Part shown: positions 7,659 to 11,698 of the stretch, piece after piece
Layout of the letters: the number at the start of each line of letters is the position of its first letter
Numbering within the stretch: the first letter of the stretch is position 1
Origin: Opitutus sp. GAS368
Lineage (GTDB): Bacteria > Verrucomicrobiota > Verrucomicrobiia > Opitutales > Opitutaceae
Direction of reading: 5' to 3'
DNA length: 11,698 nucleotides
Assembly (NCBI GenBank): GCA_945861645.1
Contig: CAMAVZ010000054.1
Coordinates: forward strand, 1 to 11,698
Notes under the pieces: model-generated
What the model saw: only the letters and a program-made list of their open reading frames with translations
Told to the model about the DNA's origin: nothing
The model's database searches: none
Position numbers and translations under genes: made by a program

Positions 7659-9163
7659 AATGCTTACTCTCCACGTTAATTTTTACGCCGTGGCTCGGCG
7701 CTTTACTCCTGGCCCTCACCCCACGACTGAGCCCAAAAACGAGTCGCGTGCTCGCGCTGCTCTTTAGTCTTTCTACCCTCGGACTCGCCGCGCTCATCTG
7801 GGCTAATTTTAATCCGGCGGCCATCGGCTATCAATTCACCGAACAGTACGCCTGGATCAGCGGATTGCAGGTCTCTTACCGTTTAGGGTTGGACGGCCTA
7901 AGCCTAACGCTCGTGCTGCTCACCGGTCTGATTGCGCCAACCGCCTTGCTCGCCTCTTGGAAAATTGAGCGTGATCCGCGGCTTTTCAGTTTATTATTTT
8001 TATTTCTACAAGGTGCCGCTTTAGGGGTCTTCCTCGCTTTAGATTTTTTCCCTTGGTTTATTTTCTGGGAGCTCAGCCTCGTCCCAGCTTTTTTCCTGAT
8101 TAAACTCTGGGGTGGTCCGGGGGCCGGACGCGCGGCCTATCAGTTTGTCGTCTATACCATCGGCGGCAGTGTTTTCATGCTGCTGGCTTTCGCGGCGCTC
8201 TTCGCCACGGCCGGAACTTTTGATTTTGTGGAGCTTGCTGCCCTCGCTCATAATGGGAGTCTCGCGGCGAAAATCGGCGGCCCCACGCTGAGTGTCATTT
8301 TTCTCGGCGTGCTGCTTGGACTCGCCGTGAAAGTTCCCCTCTATCCTTGCCATACTTGGCTGCCCTCCACGTATGCGGAAGCCCCGACGGGCGCTTCGAT
8401 GTTCCTGACCGGCGTCATGTCCAAAATGGGCGTCTACGGTTTCCTCCGGATCCTCTGGCCGCTTTTCCCCACGCAACTCTCGGCGGCAGCGCCAGTGCTG
8501 AGTGCTTTGGCGGTGGCGGGTATCGTGCTCGGTGCTTTTGCCGCCATGGCGCAAACGGACCTGAAGCGCATGGTCGCTTATTCTTCCATTAATCACGTGA
8601 GCTATTGTCTGCTCGCGCTCTTCGCCGTCGCGGGGGCCGGGCTCTTACATCCGGCGGCCGCCACCGCTGCCCTCAGCGGCGCAGTCCTGCAGATGTTTAA
8701 TCACGGGCTCTCAGCGTCCGCGCTTTTCTTTTGTGTCGGGATTTTAGAAAACCGTTCCGGGGGTTTACGCGGCCTGCATGATTTTGGCGGCGTGCGGACC
8801 GCTGCTCCGATCTTTGCCGGTTTCTGCGGAGTCGCCCTCTTTTCCTCGCTGGGCTTACCCGGACTCAATGGTTTCGTCGGCGAATTTCTCGTCTTCCGCG
8901 GAGTCTTTGGTCTCGCGCCGTGGGCTGCCGCCATCAGCTGCTTGGGTTTATTTGCCACCGCCTATTTCTTGCTGACCTTCTGGCAACGCGTCTTCCACGG
9001 GCCCCTAGGAGCGGGCGTAACCCGCTTCCGTGATCTCAATGCTTTAGAAATTGCTACGCTCGTCCCGACGATTGCCTTGATGTTTATTCTCGGCGTATGG
9101 CCGCAAGCCCTCGTGAGTCTCTTCAACCCGCTAGTTACCGCGTGGACTGTTCTCCGGCCATGA
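7655..9163 (+). CDS. nuoM: NADH-quinone oxidoreductase subunit M, first copy (502 aa)
   Basis: YRLGLDGLS, FWELSLVP, AVKVPLYPCHTWLP, EAPT, SKMGVYG, DLKRMVAYSSINH, QMFNHG, GLPGLNGFVGEF. Confidence 0.93.
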   Translation: MKCLLSTLIFTPWLGALLLALTPRLSPKTSRVLALLFSLSTLGLAALIWANFNPAAIGYQFTEQYAWISGLQVSYRLGLDGLSLTLVLLTGLIAPTALLASWKIERDPRLFSLLFLFLQGAALGVFLALDFFPWFIFWELSLVPAFFLIKLWGGPGAGRAAYQFVVYTIGGSVFMLLAFAALFATAGTFDFVELAALAHNGSLAAKIGGPTLSVIFLGVLLGLAVKVPLYPCHTWLPSTYAEAPTGASMFLTGVMSKMGVYGFLRILWPLFPTQLSAAAPVLSALAVAGIVLGAFAAMAQTDLKRMVAYSSINHVSYCLLALFAVAGAGLLHPAAATAALSGAVLQMFNHGLSASALFFCVGILENRSGGLRGLHDFGGVRTAAPIFAGFCGVALFSSLGLPGLNGFVGEFLVFRGVFGLAPWAAAISCLGLFATAYFLLTFWQRVFHGPLGAGVTRFRDLNALEIATLVPTIALMFILGVWPQALVSLFNPLVTAWTVLRP

Positions 9164-10662
9164 ACCTGCTGCCTTTTACCATCTACCTGTCGTTCGCCGG
9201 GGCCGCGCTGGCCTTGGTGGCGGGCCAGCGGTCAGCAGCCACAGCGCGGATGGTCGCCTTGCTCACTGCGGCGACGGCCTGGGGTCTGACTTTATCTGCG
9301 GCCGCTGGCTTCACGCCTGCTGCATCGGTCTTAACCCTCATCAATCTGCCTTGGATTCCCCAAATGGGAATCAACTACCACCTCGCCGTCGATGGCATCA
9401 GCCTCACGTTGCTGGTGCTCACTGGCTTGGCGGCCACCGCCGGAGTGCTTTTCTCGTGGAACATCGAAGAGCGCACCGGAGAATTTTTTGCCTTCTACCT
9501 AGCGCTGATCGGCGGAGTTTACGGCGTCTTCCTCAGCGCGGATGCTTTTCTGTTTTTTGTTTTCTACGAAATCGCGATCGTCCCAAAATATTTTCTCATC
9601 GCGAACTGGGGCTCCACCAACCGGCAGTATGGGGCGATGAAGCTCGCGCTCTATTCTTTCGCCGGAAGTGCCCTGGTACTCGCGGGCTTGCTGTGGATTT
9701 ACGCAACCGGCCACGCCGCTGGTTTCGGCTTAACCCAATTAGCGCAAGCCGTGACGAGCCTCAGTCACACGGAGCAAATCATGATTTTCGCGCTGATCTT
9801 CACGGGCTTTGCCGTGTTGGCCGGCATGTTTCCCTTTCACACGTGGGCCCCGACCGGCCACGTCGCGGCCCCCACCGGGGCGTCGATGCTGCTCGCTGGG
9901 GTCGTGATGAAACTCGGCGCCTACGGTTGTCTGCGCGTCGCCATGGGCCTCATTCCCGCTGGCTTGACGTATTGGCAACCGGTCATCGCTTGGCTCGCGG
10001 TGGCGGGCATTATTTACGCGGGGCTCGTCGCATTGGTGCAAAATGATTTTAAATTTGTCATCGGCTACTCCAGCGTCAGCCACATGGGCTTTGTGCTGCT
10101 GGGCCTCGCCGCCGCCAATCCCCAGGCCGTCGCGGGGGCCGTGCTCCAAATGTTTTCCCATGGCGTAATTGCCGGACTGCTCTTCGCCGTCGTCGGTCGC
10201 ATGGTTTACGAGCGCACCCACACTCGCCAATTAGAAGCCCTCCAGAAAATCCCCCTGCATCGGCTCATGCCTTTTGCCACGGTGGTCTTTGTGGTGGCTG
10301 GTCTCGCTTCGATGGGCATGCCCGGCTTTAGCGGATTCCCGGCCGAGCTGACTATCTTGAGCGGCACCTGGCAGGTTTCAAAAATCTGGGCCGTGAGCGC
10401 GGCCCTCGGCGTGCTCATCGCGGCCGCCTTCACCTTGCGCGTGATGCAAATTTCGTTTTTTGGCCAAGTATCACCGGCGAGCGAAGCCCCGCTCGATGCG
10501 ACCCACTACGCTCCGATCACGTGGGCGGAACGCACCGGGGCCATTTTATTGCTGACGGCAACTTTGTTAATTGGGCTGCAACCTGATCTGCTGCTCAACT
10601 GGATTGTCCCAAGTCTGCATTCTCCACTCCTGCAGGCCATCTGGCACGGAGGTACCCCATGA
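9160..10662 (+). CDS. nuoM: NADH-quinone oxidoreductase subunit M, second divergent copy (500 aa)
   Basis: YHLAVDGIS, FYEIAIVP, PFHTWAP..HVAAPT, MKLGAYG, YSSVSHMG, QMFSHG, YERTHTR, GMPGFSGFPAEL (TM12 Glu diagnostic of M rather than L or N). Start at ATG 9160 (ATGA overlap with nuoM1). Confidence 0.92.
   Translation: MNLLPFTIYLSFAGAALALVAGQRSAATARMVALLTAATAWGLTLSAAAGFTPAASVLTLINLPWIPQMGINYHLAVDGISLTLLVLTGLAATAGVLFSWNIEERTGEFFAFYLALIGGVYGVFLSADAFLFFVFYEIAIVPKYFLIANWGSTNRQYGAMKLALYSFAGSALVLAGLLWIYATGHAAGFGLTQLAQAVTSLSHTEQIMIFALIFTGFAVLAGMFPFHTWAPTGHVAAPTGASMLLAGVVMKLGAYGCLRVAMGLIPAGLTYWQPVIAWLAVAGIIYAGLVALVQNDFKFVIGYSSVSHMGFVLLGLAAANPQAVAGAVLQMFSHGVIAGLLFAVVGRMVYERTHTRQLEALQKIPLHRLMPFATVVFVVAGLASMGMPGFSGFPAELTILSGTWQVSKIWAVSAALGVLIAAAFTLRVMQISFFGQVSPASEAPLDATHYAPITWAERTGAILLLTATLLIGLQPDLLLNWIVPSLHSPLLQAIWHGGTP
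10648..10653 (+). promoter_or_regulatory. Shine-Dalgarno site for nuoN
   Basis: GGAGGT ending 5 nt before ATG 10659. Confidence 0.7.
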
Positions 10663-11698
10663 ATTACAGCTACGCTCTGCTCGCCCGGGGGCTGTTGCCC
10701 GAGATTTCTCTGATTGTCGGGGCTCTTTTAGTCCTCGCCTATGATCTCATTCGCGGTCGCCAACACACCCTGGCCGAACGTCGCACCGCCGCCCTGTGGA
10801 TCGGGGCCACCGCGCTCATCGCCGCGATTTTTGAGTCCGTAGCGGTAGGCGCGCTCGGCCCAATTTATGGGCACAATTTCATCTTGGACCAACTCGCCCT
10901 GGCTACCCGCACCGGCGTGCTGGGACTCGCCTTGCTTACGCTCGGAGTAACCGCTGGGGCCAAACCCCTCCGCCATCCGGCTGAATACGTTGCGATCGTT
11001 TTGTTTGCGACCGCCGGGTTTACCCTAATGGCCGCGGCTCATCATCTCTTGGTGGCTTTCGTCGCCCTCGAATTAGCGAGCCTTTCGCTTTATGTGCTGG
11101 CTGGTTTTGATAAAGATCAGCGGGCTTCAGCTGAAGCCGCTTTAAAATATTTTCTGTTTGGCGGCATGGCGACCGCGTTTCTGCTCTTTGGCTTTAGCCT
11201 CATTTATGGTGTCACGGGCGAACTCGAGTTCTCGCGCATCGCTCAGAGTTTAGCGCACGGGCACATGACGCCGCTGCTCGCGCTGGCCCTCGTCATGGTG
11301 TTAGTCGCTTTCGGCTTCAAAGCGGCGGCGGCGCCTTTTCATCTTTGGGCCCCCGATGCCTACGAAGGCGCCCCCACGCCCTCCACCGCCCTGATCGCCT
11401 CGGCCTCTAAACTCGCTGGCTTCATCCTTTTCCTGCGTCTCTTGTGGCCCGGTTTGAGCTCCCTAGCTGGTGATGTAGCTACGGCTGGTAACTCCGGCGG
11501 CTGGTTAATTCTCGTCACCCTCCTCGCAGGAGCCTCCCTCCTGCTCGGTAATCTGGCCGCCTTGGCGCAGAGCAATATTCGGCGCCTGCTGGCCTACTCG
11601 GCGATTGCGCATACGGGAGCGATGCTGCTGGGCGTCATCGCGGCGGGCAGTGCGGGCGTGGGGCCCCTCTTTTATTATCTAGCCACCTACGGGGTCGC
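10659..11698 (+). CDS. nuoN: NADH-quinone oxidoreductase subunit N (partial; open at the window end, so absent from the ORF track)
   Basis: Manual translation gives MNYSYALLARGLLPEISLI..., LELASLSLYVLAG, SAEAALKYFLFG, FGFKAAAAPFHLWAPDAYEGAPTP, ASKLAGF, QSNIRRLLAYSAIAHTG; ATGA overlap with nuoM2. Confidence 0.95.
   Translation, partial: MNYSYALLARGLLPEISLIVGALLVLAYDLIRGRQHTLAERRTAALWIGATALIAAIFESVAVGALGPIYGHNFILDQLALATRTGVLGLALLTLGVTAGAKPLRHPAEYVAIVLFATAGFTLMAAAHHLLVAFVALELASLSLYVLAGFDKDQRASAEAALKYFLFGGMATAFLLFGFSLIYGVTGELEFSRIAQSLAHGHMTPLLALALVMVLVAFGFKAAAAPFHLWAPDAYEGAPTPSTALIASASKLAGFILFLRLLWPGLSSLAGDVATAGNSGGWLILVTLLAGASLLLGNLAALAQSNIRRLLAYSAIAHTGAMLLGVIAAGSAGVGPLFYYLATYGV

Larger units (their letters stand above)
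18..11698 (+). other. Complex I-like (NADH:quinone oxidoreductase family) operon of the 2M type, lacking nuoEFG in this window: nuoABCDIHJKLM1M2N (3' incomplete)
   Basis: Twelve co-directional ORFs with recognisable Nuo motifs. Most junctions overlap (ATGA or TAATG); the exceptions are gaps of 3 nt (B/C), 7 nt (D/I) and 40 nt (H/J). Confidence 0.95.

Noticed and set aside
353-9159. ORF-track upstream starts at 353 (nuoB), 1621 (nuoD), 4667 (nuoJ) and 9097 (nuoM2)
   Set aside because: Each creates a long overlap with the previous gene and adds non-homologous sequence; downstream starts at 386, 1714, 4784 and 9160 fit stop-start overlaps or SD sites.
5610-10662. Stand-alone Mrp Na+/H+ antiporter operon
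   Set aside because: No MrpB/E/F/G-like genes; the motifs and context are those of NuoL, M and N inside a nuo operon.
9160-10662. Second nuoM being nuoN, a pseudogene or an assembly duplication
   Set aside because: A separate bona fide nuoN starts at 10659; M2 is full length with an M-type TM12 Glu; its sequence is very different from M1, which excludes an artefactual repeat.
1-11698. Taxonomic assignment (the style suggested Verrucomicrobiota) and a claim that the system is wholly undescribed
   Set aside because: Taxonomy cannot be established without a database search, and 2M complex I operons are already published; only the specific residue-level and mini-ORF features may be new.

Overview
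The whole window is one tightly packed, + strand respiratory complex I-like operon in the order nuoA-B-C-D-I-H-J-K-L-M1-M2-N, with nuoN running off the 3' end. It departs from canonical complex I in several ways. (1) The NADH-input genes nuoEFG are absent from their usual position after nuoD. (2) nuoI precedes nuoH. (3) There are two divergent nuoM antiporter-like genes. (4) The NuoL lateral helix is lengthened by an apparent 26-residue repeat unit, as expected if a fourth pumping subunit is built into the membrane arm. This matches the published '2M' complex I class (Chadwick et al. 2018, ISME J), so the architecture is rare but not new. Less expected details: NuoM2 has Leu in place of the conserved TM7 lysine and a Lys near the TM5 glutamate; NuoM1 carries different substitutions; NuoB, NuoC, NuoI and NuoH carry extensions or insertions; and a 15-codon mini-ORF overlaps both the nuoH stop and the nuoJ start, at the position nuoI normally occupies. 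I saw no RNA genes, mobile elements, CRISPR arrays or clear terminators. Comparisons with canonical Nuo motifs are from memory, not from alignments.
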